A stretch of 64,000 nt of DNA from Callorhinchus milii (Eukaryota), in contig NW_024704743.1 of assembly GCF_018977255.1 (NCBI RefSeq), positions 24,430,001-24,494,000 on the forward strand. The letters are read 5' to 3'. Position 1 is the stretch's first letter; every line of letters begins with the position of its first letter. The position numbers were made by a program, and so were the translations under genes. The notes under the pieces are model-generated. The model saw only the letters and a program-made list of their open reading frames with translations, did not search any database and was not told where the DNA came from. Shown piece after piece: positions 46,301-59,100 of the stretch.

Positions 46301-49288
46301 TGATGGACTCCAGAATTTCAATCGTTTCACTTTAGACAAGTGACAAATTTGGGGAGGTGGAGGGTGGGGAGCATTTACCCACTAGGAAATGGGTCCAAAA
46401 AAAGATATTTTAAACGTTACAAGAAGTATAAATTTATAAGTTATAAGAACATTTTCACTTGCTCTGTGGAGGTTGGAATCTGTGGCGTCTGCAAGTATTT
46501 ACTAATTTTCTCTGATAGGAACAGAAGAAAGAACACTGCAGATTCAAACTCCAATTGGCTTATGGAGGTGGAAACCATGGACAGAACAGCTGGCTTGCAG
46601 GAGATCACCGGTGAAGGTGCCTTGTTACAAGCACAGCTGTTGTAAAAGATCCCCCACTCAAATAATGTCTAATAATTTACAAATCAGTTAAGTGTGCAAA
46701 CAGGATTCTCAATTAAAAACTACCCAGCCAACACAGAAAACTTACATTTTGCCGCTCGCAGAGCTGATGTAGATAAGCTCTGCCTCCAACAATCACTATC
46801 TGAGTGTTTCGGGGATTGCTAAGATAGGCATCCAGCTGTCGTTGCCGTGAACGATACCAGCAAATGTAGAAGAAGATTTTGACGATAATAAATATTATCA
46901 CTATTCTGTGGGGAGTGAAAGAAAATTCATTAATAGGAAACATCCACCCTCTGCTTTACAGTACGCCTGCCCGTCAAATTACAAAATATTGGTTATAAAA
47001 GAAAAATCAACTCATTTTTATAAAACCATACTAACCACAGAAGTATTGGCATTATATATACACAGTCTATTTACTTGATTAGCAATAAATAAATAGAATT
47101 AATAAGCAAGGAATATTCAGTTTTAACTAGGGAGGTGGCATATATCAGGTTTCGTTGCAATTAATTAATGCCTTTTGTTCCCCCAAAATGTTTCAAAGAT
47201 GCAATCGTGATGTGAAAGTACATTTTCACACACCCACCAGTATTTGAGATTTTGTGGCACTGAAAATAAATGTCTCGACTATTACATTCCCTCTTTCAAA
47301 CACACAAAATCTACCTTGACAAAACTGTTCCGCCAAATTTTCACTGAATGGGGAAGTAAAAAAAAGACCAAGAAAGATCACCCAAAAACATTTCCTCACT
47401 TGGTCTCAACTCTCCTGAATACAACGATACCTGAAGGATAAGAGGAATTGTGGGGTCACGATTTCTCAGACGTTGATGGGGTAAGGTCTCAAATTCAGAA
47501 AGGCAAATACATGTTTATATTTTTAAACTACTTTACACAGAGTGGCTATAGGAAGTTGTATTTCGAACGGACCACCTAAGGAGGCAAATTGGGTCTATAA
47601 ACTCGAGAAGAAATTAAATAGCTGTTTGGCAAAGAAATCATTCGGGGAATATGAGAGGAAATTGTGCACGATTTTGTTTTAAATTTGAGATGGACCACAA
47701 TGCTCTTTTCTGGTTCTGTACATTCCTTTATAACACATACAACATTGCTTAATCTCTAACTTGTCTGCGAGAAAAATGCAGATAATCTCAGAACCCATAC
47801 GCGTTATATGTTGACTGTTCAGCTCTTTGGGACGTGTGCCCAAAGCATTCAATGTGCCCAAAGCATAAGCATACTAAATGGAAATCAGATTGCTTTAAAT
47901 TTGGATACAAACTCCTTTGCCCTGCTTTGTATATCTCAAAGTTTGTGGACTAGGCAGTACTAAATGGCCTTGTATGGTTCCCGTTTAGAAATACTAATTT
48001 CACCCTCAGATCTTCTAAAGATCAGGTCAATTTGCTGCTGCTGCTTTTTAATTGCTAAATACAATAGTCAGATATCGGAGGAATGAGGGTCGAACAGTAG
48101 GTGCAGGGATTCCCTTCCAGTGTCCTTTGGGAACTTGTGGAATAATTGCTCGAATGCAGACATTTACAACATTTTAGTTAACCAGGCCCTTTTTCATTTT
48201 CCTGGGAAAATCCATTGAACCTGCCTTTCCTGTGCATAAGTGCCTTTTTCCACCTCTTTTTGCATTTCCTCCACCTGACTTTCCGACTATTGGTCCCTAC
48301 TCAGAAATGTAACTATACAGCTTATTGATTTCACTCATTTATATTTGATGGAAAATAAGTCATGGTAATACATGTGAAGAATTGGACACTCATTTTTTAC
48401 ATTAACCACTAAAGGACGACTAGTATTTCCATAATGGCAATCACACGTACTCCAAACGTGAATTTCAAGGTTACCTGTCACTTGAGCGCTCATTTGCTTG
48501 GCCACTGGATGTTGAACTAAGGAAGAACACAAACTTGGGACTGAAAAGGCGAGATGTCATCCAACTGGCCCAACTCAATCTCAACTGGGCATCACCTAAC
48601 CAGCCTGCTTTAAAAGGGAATGGGTTCATGCAATGAATCAGCCAGAAACCCATTATAGCACCAGAGATTTACAAACACAGAAGAAGGACATTCGGCCCAT
48701 CGTGTCTGTGCTGGATGGGTAAGTTTGTAAAATTCACTCTGAAAAATTGTAATTCGATATATACATGCTTGTAAACAAAATATTTGCAAACTATGGGGAA
48801 AGAGCAGGGTTGTGAGACTAACTGGATAGCTCTTTAAAAGAGTTAGTACAAGCACGATGGGCCGAATGGCTTCCTTCTGTGCTGTAAGATTGATTCCATG
48901 AAAAGCTGTTGGTATGAAAACAGATTCAGTGTGAAGGAAAACCAAGCAAACAGGTAGGATAACACACCTACATTCATCGAGGCATGGCTAACCATAGTCC
49001 AATTGTTTACATGCAGCAGTTTAGCCCAGTTAGCCTGTTTGATTATCAGAACATGAAGTTTTGGCAAAATAATCTCTTTCAAATCTGCACATCCTCAAGT
49101 CCTTCAGCAGAATCAATCTAGGAGTAGTTCAAACTATTTGTATTGTTATTTTTAAGTCTGAATTTAATCCTAATATGGATTCTTTCCAGAGAAAATGTGT
49201 GCTATGGATATTAGATTTTAAAACCCAAAATTATCTGGCACAGTCCCGATTTGATTTAACATACTTACATGTACCAATAGAGTTCCAT
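37133..49288 (-). CDS. Spliced gene, 178-aa single-pass membrane protein with three PPPY (PY) motifs; WBP1/VOPP1/PRR7-like architecture
   Basis: Coding exons 49288-49269, 46905-46746, 38336-38207 and 37359-37133 join in phases 2-0-1 to give MELYWYIIVIIFIIVKIFFYICWYRSRQRQL...VPPPYEAV...KPPPYTEY...APPPYTPS...SAYQI*. Start context AATCATGG has A at -3 and G at +4. Confidence 0.88.
38207..38336 (-). CDS. PY-motif protein exon 3 (SPMWYSW...PPPYEAVSR)
   Basis: ttctttacag acceptor, AG|gtcaga donor; alternative in-phase donor after 38198. Confidence 0.85.
39048..39158 (+). mobile_element. Young SINE 3' end
   Basis: Consensus tail plus (TTA)n. Confidence 0.85.
41200..41615 (+). mobile_element. Old SacSINE1/DeuSINE-like element
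   Basis: ttgcctctgagtcagaaggttg head; caggtggacgttaaagatcccattgcactatttg body. Confidence 0.65.
42172..43590 (-). mobile_element. CR1 LINE 3' portion (RT) containing a SINE at 42310-42607
   Basis: GVPQRSVLGP-like motif, LYKTLVRTQLEYCVQLW, LEKLGLFSLEQRRLRGDLIEV, CR1 tail. Confidence 0.9.
45335..45770 (-). mobile_element. L2 LINE 3' end
   Basis: gcgccttgggacgtcctcccgacgtgaaaggcgct tail plus ORF2 C-terminus. Confidence 0.85.
45940..46255 (-). mobile_element. Young full-length tRNA-headed SINE
   Basis: Near-identical to 25368-25687. Confidence 0.9.
46746..46905 (-). CDS. PY-motif protein exon 2 (TM helix and juxtamembrane region)
   Basis: ccccacag acceptor, AAT|gtaagt donor, hydrophobic IVIIFIIVKIFFYICW followed by RSRQR. 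Confidence 0.88.
49269..49288 (-). CDS. PY-motif protein coding exon 1 (MELYWY); whole exon 49332-49269
   Basis: ttttctttttttacag acceptor, AT|gtaagt donor, ATG in strong Kozak context. Confidence 0.8.
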
Positions 49289-50114
49289 GATTTATTCAAA
49301 CGAAGTTACTTCTCATTAGTGCAGATCAGATGCTGTAAAAAAAGAAAATAGAAACTCAGATGCATAGGCACAGTACTCAAATCAATAATAATAGAATAAT
49401 AGAAACACTGGGGATAATGTTCACTACAACAGAACAGCACATCCCCCGAAGGATGCTTACCTATTTCAAGAAACTACTACGCACAGGTTAGCAAAAGGTA
49501 GCCAAGGGTTAGGGATCCCAGAGTGTGCCCTTGGGTACTTCTGAAGTTTAACCATTGGGATCTCTGTCTAGCTAGCTTCCTGCTGCTTGTCCAGTTGGGA
49601 TCATCCTACCCATTAGGGCTTGAGCTTGCATGATTAACAGGAGCCAAGTGAAGCACTTTGAGATGTCCACCTGATGTCAAGACCGCTATACCAGATGCAA
49701 ACATTGTTATTATTAGGATTGGCCAATCAATAAAATTGAATGAATGAAACACTAGACAATCTACCAGATCACAAGTGGAAATAGGCAAAATAATATTTTG
49801 CTTTCTCACTGGACAGCATTTCCACAAGTTTGATTGGTGTTTGGTTTTTAAAAAAATGTTTTGGGAAGTGGGGGTGGATGACTTCAAACATATAATATGC
49901 ATTTCCCCATCGTATTTTTACTTTCATGCAACACATTTAGCTGTCCTTGCATTTGATATAGAGCTTTTCACATCGTGTCGGCTTCCCAATTGCTTCACAA
50001 GATATATTGTGCCGTGGAGAGACTGCATAATCGTAGGCAATCGCACCAGCCCAATTGCACACAGCAATGTCCCCGTGACCAATTATTTTTTTTATTTGCA
50101 GGATTGCTGGCCAG

Positions 50115-53100
50115 AACAACAACCCAACAACAAAATTACATTTGTGTAGCGCCTTACACGTCGGGAGCACGTCCCAAGTCGCTAGACAGTTAAGTGTTTC
50201 GGACCTGAGCTGGAGGTCGGGGTTGAGGAGAGTGGAGGGCAGGGGGGAAGCAGGATGATCGAAAGCACGTTCAAAGAGGAGGGTCTTGAGATGGATCCTG
50301 AAGGAGGAAAGTGAGGGGGCGAGGCGGAGGGACTGCGGGATGGAGTTCCAGAGGGTAGGGGCAGGATGGCAGAAGACCCGCCCACCAATGGTGGGGTGGG
50401 CGAGGCAGGGGACGTGAAGCAGGCCAGAGCCCACTGAGCGGAGGGAGTGGGCAGCATGGTAAGGGGTTAGGAGGTCTCAGAGGTAGGGGGAGCAAGGCCA
50501 TGGGGGGCTTTGAAGGTGAGGACCAGGATCTTGAACTGTATCCTCTGTGTGATGGGAAGCCAATGGAGTCGGGCAAGGATGAGAGTGACAGGATCACGGA
50601 GCCTGGTGTGGGAGAGGACTTGGGCTGCAGAGTTCTGGATGATCTGCAGCCTACGGAGGGAGGAGTTGGGGAGGCCAACAAGCAGGGAGTTTGTATAATC
50701 AAACCTGGATGTTATGAATGTGTGTATGAGGATTTTGGCAGTCTGCGGTGTAAGACGGTGGCGGAGCCGGGCGATGTTGTGGAGGTGGGGGAAGGCAGAG
50801 CAGGTCATGGCATGGATGTGGGGTAGAAAGGATAGTTGAGGGTCAAACAAGACCCCAAGGTTCCGGACTGGCTCAGTGAGGTGGAGTGTGCAACCATGGA
50901 TGGTGATGCTGTCAGCGCCTGAGTTGTGGAGGCGCTGACGGGAGCCAATCAGGAGAGCCTCGGTCTTGTTGACTTTCAACTGAGGAAAGTTAGCTCTCAT
51001 CCAGGACTTGATGTCCGACAGACATTCTGTCAGCACAGCAGTGGTCCTGGAGTCAAGGATGGAGGCAGAGAGGTACAGTTGGGTGTCATCAAGAGGGAGC
51101 ATCTAGATATTGAAGAAGAGGACCATGGACAGAGCCCCAAGGAATGCCGCACAAGACGGTTCGGGGGCCAAAAGAGAAACCGTTTGTAGAGATGAAGTGG
51201 AGGCGGTGTGAGAGGTAGAATCTGAATCAGTCAAGGACAGGGCCGTGAAGGTTGAGGTGAGAGGAGAGGCAATGGATGAGGATAAAGTGGTCAAAGGTGT
51301 CAAAGGCAGCAGAGAGGTCGAGGAGGACCAGGAGGCAGAGGGAGCCCTGGTTGCAGATGGACAGAATGTCATTTGAAACTTTGACAAGTGCTGGGTGGCA
51401 CGGAAACCTGATTGGAGGGGTTTGTGAAGAAAGTGGCATGAGGGGAAGGAGCGAAGCTGGGAAGCAACAACGTGTTCCAGGATGTTGGAGAGGAAAGGGA
51501 GGTAGGAGATGGGGCAGTAGTTTCAGAGCAGGAATGGGTCCAGGGAGGGGGTTTTAAGGATAGTGATGATGACCATTTTTAAAGGAGTGGGAAAAATGCC
51601 AGTGGACAGGGAGAGGTTTATGATGTCTGTGAGTAGAGGGGCAAGGAGGTGGAGCTGGGAGATAATGAAACGAGTAGGAATGGGGTTGAGGGTGCAGGTG
51701 GTTGGTTTCACGTGGGTTATAGTGGTGATAAGAGAGTGGGAGACAGGTTTGAAGGTGTGGAGGGAGGGATGGGTAGGGCCTGGGGTGAGAGGGAGAGATG
51801 TGGAGAGGGTGGTAGACAGAAGGGCAGAGGCAGCTGAGCGAATCCCCTCGACTTTGGATTCGAGCAAGTCCAGTATAGCCTCGCAATTGGAATTGGAGGT
51901 GAGGATAGGTGAGGAGTGAGAGGGTGGGCAGAGGAGTCGATTGGTGATGGAGAAGAGGAGCTTGGGGTTGTCCTTGGCCTCCAAAATTGTCTTGGAGCAG
52001 AACTCGGCGGAGGCGAGGGAGGAGCAATAAGATTTGATAGGTCCAGCCAGATCTGTTGATGGATTGTTAGGTTTGATTTAAGCCAGGTGTTTTCAGCGAC
52101 ACCCACCTCTGCTTTAAGGGAGTGGAGGCGGCTGGTGTACCATGGTGACTTTCGTGTGTAAGAGATGTTTTGGGAAGTTATGTGGAGCAAGGGAATCGAG
52201 AGTGGTGAAGAGGGAGCTGTGGAGAAAAATGACTGAGGAATAGGTCATTGCAGGAGGAAGCCCAGAGGAGAAGGAGTTCAGATGACTTCAAGGCAGCCGA
52301 GAGGGAGGGGGAGAGATTTTTTTCCAGGGGCGGTCGGAGATGAAGGTGGGTTGGGTGGCAATGGGAAGAAAAATTGAAGAGTTGAGAGAGATGAAGTGAT
52401 GGTCCGTGATTCCTTTGTCAATGATGGTGAGGTCATAGACGGTGAGGCCCCGAGTGATCACTAGGTCGAGGGGGTGACCGCGGATAATAATAATAATAAT
52501 CCTTGCATTTGATATAACGCTTTTCACTTCGGGAGGACGTCCCAAAGCGCTTCACAGAACACACTGTAAAGTGAATTGACTGCATATTTGTGGGCGAACG
52601 CGGCAGCCAATTGCACACAGCAGTGTCCCACAAACAGTCGTAGATTGAAAATGACCAATTTTTTTTATTATTGTTTTTGGAGAGATTATTATTAGACGTG
52701 TGGAGTAAGGAAACCTGCCCAAGGTTTCGCCCTGCCTGGAATTGAACTCAGGTCTCTTGCTTGCAAAGCGAGTGCTCTAACCATGGGTGGATGTGGGTGG
52801 AGGAGTGGATTTGGAGGGAGAGGTTGAGGGAGGAGATAAGGGAGGAGAAGGCAGCAGAAGTAGAGCAGGAGGAGGTGAAGTGAAGGTTGAAATCACCGTG
52901 GATGAGGAGGCGTTCAGAGGAGAGGGAAGATAGGAGGGTGGAGATGTTGGGGAGGAAAGTGGGGGAGGGCTTGGGGGAGCGATAACTAAGGAGAATTTTG
53001 AGGGAAAGGTTGGAGGGGGTGATAAAGGGTAAGTAGCTCAAAGGAGGGAAAGGTTCCAGAGGAGTAAGGGGATAGGCTGAGCAGGAGACCAGGAGAGCCA

Positions 53101-53690
53101 CCCACTAGTTAGGTGGAAGGTGTAGCCAGGTGGTGTTGCCTCTATCAGGGGGAAGGTGTCGTCTGGAATGATCCAGGTTTCAGTGAGGGAGAGAATGTCG
53201 ATGTTTTCGTCGACAATGAGGTTTGGGATGATGAGTGTTTTGTTGGAGAGGGAGCGGACATTTTGTAGGCCGATGCAGAAGGGACAGTTGATGGCAGAGT
53301 GTGGGGGCGAGGGGGGGAGAGTAGAGGATTGACAGGGAGGGTGGGGATGTGGATGAGGGAGGAGAGATTGGCCCCAGTGGTCAGGGACCGATGAGCCTTG
53401 CGGCAAGAGTAGGGGATAGAGCAGTCAGTGTGGCTGCTGGTGGACAGCCAGCTGCGACTCCCACGATGGGCCCGACGGAGGATTCACAGGCTGGAGCAGA
53501 GGGAGGCTATGGGACGGTCGAGCAGGGATAAGAGTCGGTGAGGGCGGTGGGAGAGGAGGACCGAGCCGGAGTAATGGAGAGGAGAGGGACATAGGTGGGA
53601 GCATTATGGGGAAGCAGCTCAGGTTGGTGGCGGCAGCCAAAATGCGCACTCCGAGACTAAGAGCAAATGGGGGTTCAAACGGGGGTCCGA
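50115..53690 (-). mobile_element. Near-complete decayed L2-clade LINE ORF2 (APE + RT), interrupted by a SINE at 52484-52783
   Basis: APE motifs GLQNVRSL, LSLTETWI, IHGDFNLH, GHPLDLVITRG, TDHH; RT motifs LLDLSAAFDT, DDTQLY; frameshifted; (TTG)n-like tail. Confidence 0.92.
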
Positions 53691-53704
53691 GCAAATCGGA
53701 ACAC

Positions 53705-53985
53705 CAGTAGATGGTTCAGATGTCCTGGTCAACAATCCCACAAATAAATCTCACTTCCTTCTCTTTGAATAGTGCCATGGGATGTTTAATGTCCACCTGA
53801 ATAGGCAGACAGGACCTCGGTTTAACATCTCATCTGAAGGATGGCACTTCTAACAATGCAACACGCCCCAGCACTGCATTAGAGTGTCTGCTTAGCCTAT
53901 GCGAGTTTAAGTCCTGATGTGGTGATTGAACCCACAACCTTCCGACTCAGATGCCAGGGTGCGACCACTGAGCTCGGCTGACACA
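53705..53985 (-). mobile_element. Old SacSINE1/DeuSINE-like element
   Basis: gaatagtgccatgggatgtttaatgtccacc...ttgaacccacaaccttccgactcag. Confidence 0.65.
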
Positions 53986-55523
53986 CTAGTTACCGCACTA
54001 CATGACTGAACAAAAGGAATTTCCATCATGCAAGCTGAATGCAACAATATCGCCAGGGTTCAAGACAGAAACATTCTCATCCGCTTTCGCTATGTAAACG
54101 ACAACTTTGCGGCAAAACAGCCAAGGTTACCCTGATCCCACACTGTTCCCAGATTAAATCTACTGCAGTTTGATAGAATAATGAGTCAGCAGCTGATCCA
54201 TAGGAATAACTGATCTGGCAACAGTGGAAACATGTTGCAGGTTGACAACAGGCAAAGAAATGTGGGAGGATATGAAATGGAGGGATGGAGGCCACAGCAA
54301 GTAGGTTTAATCAAATGTACTAACCATGTTATTTTAACTTTTCTTTAATAAAATTATACAATGAGACTCGCAAGGCAACAAAGTCAACAGCCTGCATCAG
54401 ATCATAGACAGGCATTGATCTTTGAGGCGTTATCAACGTGAGCGCTAAGAAAAAGCCTTCTCACTATAAAGAAAACAAAGACACTTTTCTATCAATTTTT
54501 ACTATAAATAGTACAATCAACAAGCACAAGTACAGCATAACTCTGGACTCACTGATAGCTTTGCCATAAAAATACATTGATCACATCATTGCAGTTCAAA
54601 GTAACTTCAGTTTGAACAGTGACTTGGATATTTGTGCCTAATTGAAACTGAACTACAATAGTGTCTTGTATATATTTAGTGTAAAAATCCTCATGAAATA
54701 AAACCTATTATATAGAATACAAGATCACCTTGAAAGGCAGCAGCAGATGTCAGTTCAGGTTATTACTAAACAAATTGAGCTTTGCCTTTGGTTTATAACG
54801 CAATTAGACTGGCTTAATGTTTTACTAACTGCTTGGCTATTGGAACAACCCATTGAACTGGATACAGTAAAGCATAGAATTATTAACTGCTGCTGGTACA
54901 AGACTGTATAAAAAAAATAATAGAAATACTTTAGTGGACATTATAGAAAACAATAAATATTTTTAGTGGGCAATGTGCCTTATGGGCACCAATGATCTCT
55001 CTCAAGAAATGGAAAGCAGCTGGGTCCAATTTTCAGTTAGCAACAAAATTGTAATCAATATATGGAACCCCGCTTAGGAGCAGAGGATTGCACAAAATTA
55101 ATAAGAATGCTATGATCTAAGAAGCAAAACAGAAATATGATAAATAAAGAAAACTTTCAAAATGTATGAGAACAGGTCTTTTTAAAATAAACAGTCAAAA
55201 CTGTGTGTGCATGGTGTGTGTGTGCATATATAAAAATATCTCCATGTGCAGTCAACAGTAATTCCATTACTTCTGGGACAAGTTTGGAAAATATTTTCCA
55301 AATTTCTCACACCGTCCTGTTAATCAGCTAAAGTCTTAAGATATTCCATGGTCACTATCCGAAAGACAATGGCCAAGACCTTTCACATGTTGAATTGAAT
55401 CAGTACTTTGAAGCGTCCCAGATGACACTTCGATCAAAGATTTTTTTCCTAGTGGTGGGAGACAGCTGAAACTGTTTTTATCAAGAATCTTCTCAAGAAA
55501 GGGTATGACCGGTCTGAAGGTCA

Positions 55524-55870
55524 AAACAACAACAACAAAATTACATTTATAGAGCGCCTTTCACGTTGGGAGGACATCCCAAAGCGCTGATCAGTTCAGG
55601 TGTCGGGGCCCGAGCATGGGGGAAGGGGGGGTGTAGGGGTGAGGGATGGCGGAGAGGTGGGAGGGAGACTGAAGGCACGGTCGAAGAGAAGGGTTCTTGA
55701 GACCAGCTTTGAAGGAGGCAAGGGAGGAAGCGAGGCGAAGGGACCGTGGAATGGAGTTCCACAGTGTGGGGGCAGAGAGGCTGAAAGCCCGGCCACCGAT
55801 GGTCGGGCGGGAGGCATGGAGCAGACCGGAGCACGCTGAACGGAGGGAGCGGGCAGGTTGGTAGGGAACA
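55524..55870 (-). mobile_element. L2 LINE 3' end
   Basis: (CAA)n plus stem-loop tail plus ORF2 end. Confidence 0.85.
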
Positions 55871-57169
55871 GAACAAGAGAGAGAACAAAATGCCGGATTA
55901 TTTCTTTGTTTGTGTACTCCTCAAATGAAGTTCATAACATCATTCATGTAGCTTCGTAAATTCCTTCAGTGAGACTAGTCAATAGGATTAATTATTCCAT
56001 CTTTAAGGGAAGCTGCATCATTACTCAATGATAAATTTATCAAATGCTTTCAAAAATGCCCAAACGTCAGTTCACCAGCGTACTGAACTCTGTACAAGGC
56101 ACAATACAAAGGCCACAACTGTATTACTGCAGGATATTCAGCAGTCCACACAAGATCAACTGTTCAGGCAAAATATTTTCTTTATCCTATATACTTTGCC
56201 ACAAGTTAAAACATTTACTGAAAATACATGAGATAAATAGACAGCAAAAAACAGACCACACTATTACCAACTATATATTGTGTTTATTCAACATCTCAAA
56301 AGCTGCAACTAATGTTACACTGTAATGCCATTACTTTTTTGAGGTCATAGAAATTGGTAAGATATGTGAACCCTCGAGTAAGTGCATAGTGTGTGGGCTG
56401 ACACTCCAATACAGAGCTGGGAGAGTGCTGCAATTTCAGAGATGATGTTGTTTGGATGAGCGACATTAAAGCTGAGTCTCATCTGTCTGTTCACATGGAT
56501 TTTACAGATCCCTTGACACTAATCAGAAAAGAGAAGTCTCTCTTAATGTCCTGACGAACAATTCTCCAGAAAAAAATGATTTATTCATTTCACAGCTGTT
56601 TGTGGGACGTTTCAGCACCTTGGGACATCCTGCTGATGTGAAAGGCGCTATGTAAATGCAATTTGTTGTTGATGTTGCTGTGCAAGAGCTGGTGTATCAT
56701 CATATTACAACCATATTAAGGGCTCTGAATTAACCGTGAAGATGATGCTTTACTCAGCAGTGCTTTGACAGTGTGCATCGACCTGGTTCCCATGCCAGTC
56801 TGTCTAAAACCCTTGATGAGATTTGAGTCTCCATCCATTTTAACAAATCAATAGATTCTAATCCACAGTAATTTACAGAATGTTTGCTGAATCCCATTTA
56901 CTTTACCTGGCCAACAATCCCATCATATAAATTGGTCATTCATTTAACTGCTTTGTGGGATACAATGTGTGCAGCAAATGGCTGCCACATTTGCCTACAA
57001 ATAGCCAGTACACTTGACATCAATCTCCCGTGAAACACTTTGAGATGTTTTAACAGAATGGGCGCTTTTTATCAAATAAAAATGCAATGACCTCAGTTTA
57101 ATACCTCATCCGACAGATGGCACGTGCGACAATGTAGCTTCCTCAGTACTGCACTGGTTGTTAGCTCGC

Positions 57170-58350
57170 CCTACAACAACAACAACTTGGATTTATATAG
57201 CGCCCTCCATGCCAGAGGGATTTGAAGACAAGAGTGAGGATCTTGAAATCGATCCTCTCTGGAATAGGCAGCCAGTGCAGTCTGGCAAGGACTGGAGCGA
57301 TCGGGAAGCAAAGTTTGGTGCGGGTGAGAATGCGGGCGGCAGAGTTTTGAATGATTTGGATTTTATGGATGGTAGTGGATGGGAGACCGGCGAGGAGGGC
57401 ATTGGAGTAGTCCAGCCGAGAAGTGACAAAGGCATGGACCAGGGTTTCAGCGGCTTTTGGGGAGAGGTATTGGTGGAGACAGGCGATGCGTCGGAGGTGG
57501 TAGAAGGCGGTGCTGGTGATGGACCAGATGTGGGGGAGGAAGGATAATTGGAGGTCGAACCTGACACCTAGGTTGCGAATGGGTTTGGAGAGTTTTAGGG
57601 GGAGGTCGGGTAGGTGGAGGAGGTGAGAGCCGTGAGATTTTAGACATTGACGAGAGCCAAAGAGTATGGCTTCCGTCTTATCAACGTTCAGCTGAAGGAA
57701 GTTTGCACTCATCCAGCCCCTGAGATCTGACAGGCAGGCTGACACAACATCAGGGGACTGGGGGTCGCAAAGAGAAATGGAAAAATAGAGTTGGGTGTCA
57801 TCTGCATACATGTGGAAATGTACCCCATGTCTACAGATGACATCCCGAAGAGGGAGCATATTGATTAGAAAGAGGAGGGGGCCAAGAATGGATCCTTGGG
57901 GTAGCCCGTAGGTGACCGGGTGAGAACGGGAGGAGAAGCCGTTTGTGCAGATGTACTGCTGGCGGTTTGTGAGGTAGGACTCGAACCAGGCGAGTGCGGT
58001 CACACTGAGGTGGATGAAGGAAGAAAGGCGGTGGAGGGTGGCGTGATCGACTGTGTCGAACGCGGCGGAGAGGTCCAGGAGGACAAGGAGGGAGAGGGAG
58101 CCTTGGTCACAGATAGAGAGGATGTCATTTGTGACTTTCACAAGCGCAGTCTCTGTACTGTGGGCAGAGCGGAAACCGGACTGGAGGGGTTCGAAGAGGA
58201 AGTGGGAGGAGAGGTGTGCGCAGAGTTGGTTGGCAACAACGCGTTCTAGAACTTTTGAGAGGAAGGGCAGGTTAGAAATAGGGCGGTAGTGGCCGGGGTT
58301 TGAGGGATCTAGGGAGGGTTTTTTGAGGAGGGGGGTGATGACAGCAGTAG
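57170..58350 (-). mobile_element. L2 LINE RT fragment with a 326-codon open frame
   Basis: LLDLSAAFDTVDH, GLPQGSILGP, MYADDTQLY, SRLDYSN motifs; joined directly to the terminal tail. Confidence 0.92.
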
Positions 58351-58934
58351 CTCACCCTAGACTGTGAGCTAAAGTCCCAATGTGGGGCTTAAATCCAAAA
58401 AAAGTTACAGCTCCCCAATGGTCCACTGGATAAGGCTATGCTCAATGTGGCAGAGGGGCAGAAAATGGTTTATAACAACTAGTATACAGTTGGATATGCT
58501 GAGGTGGATCTCCTCCAAGTAGAAAATTAATGAAATCTCAACCCAATGTTAAAGCTTCAGCAATGATAATAATAACTCATACTTCATGTACTTTGACTTG
58601 AGGCTGACATCACAAACCGCTTCACAGGATATACTGTAAAGTGAAGTGACTGTGTATTTTGGGGGCGAATACAGCCACTGAGTCAATTCTGATGAGCAAA
58701 CATCTGGTGTGTAAAGTCTAACTTATTTCTAGAATTAAAGAAATGTAGAATATTCCACCAGTGACCAAACCTTCCATCATGAAACTGTGGGTTGCTACCA
58801 AGAGTGGTGGTGCATCAGTCTTCTTTTGGGGGAAAAAGGAACAAATATTAAAATATCCACTGATGTCTATTTCAATAGAGTTTCGTAAAGAGAAATGCAA
58901 GTCTTTTTCATCTCAATTTTCCTAATTCATCAGA

Positions 58935-59100
58935 GATAATAATAATACTTGCATTTGATGTAATACCTTATCACGACTTTGAGATGTCTCAAAACATTTC
59001 ACTGAATATATTGAAAAAGTGAATTGACTATATTTTCTGGGGGAAAAGCGGCAGCCAATTGCACACAGCAGCGTCCCACAAACAGTCGTGGATTGAGTGA
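58935..59100 (-). mobile_element. SINE 3' part
   Basis: Consensus tail; another partial copy at ~62850-62960. Confidence 0.75.
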
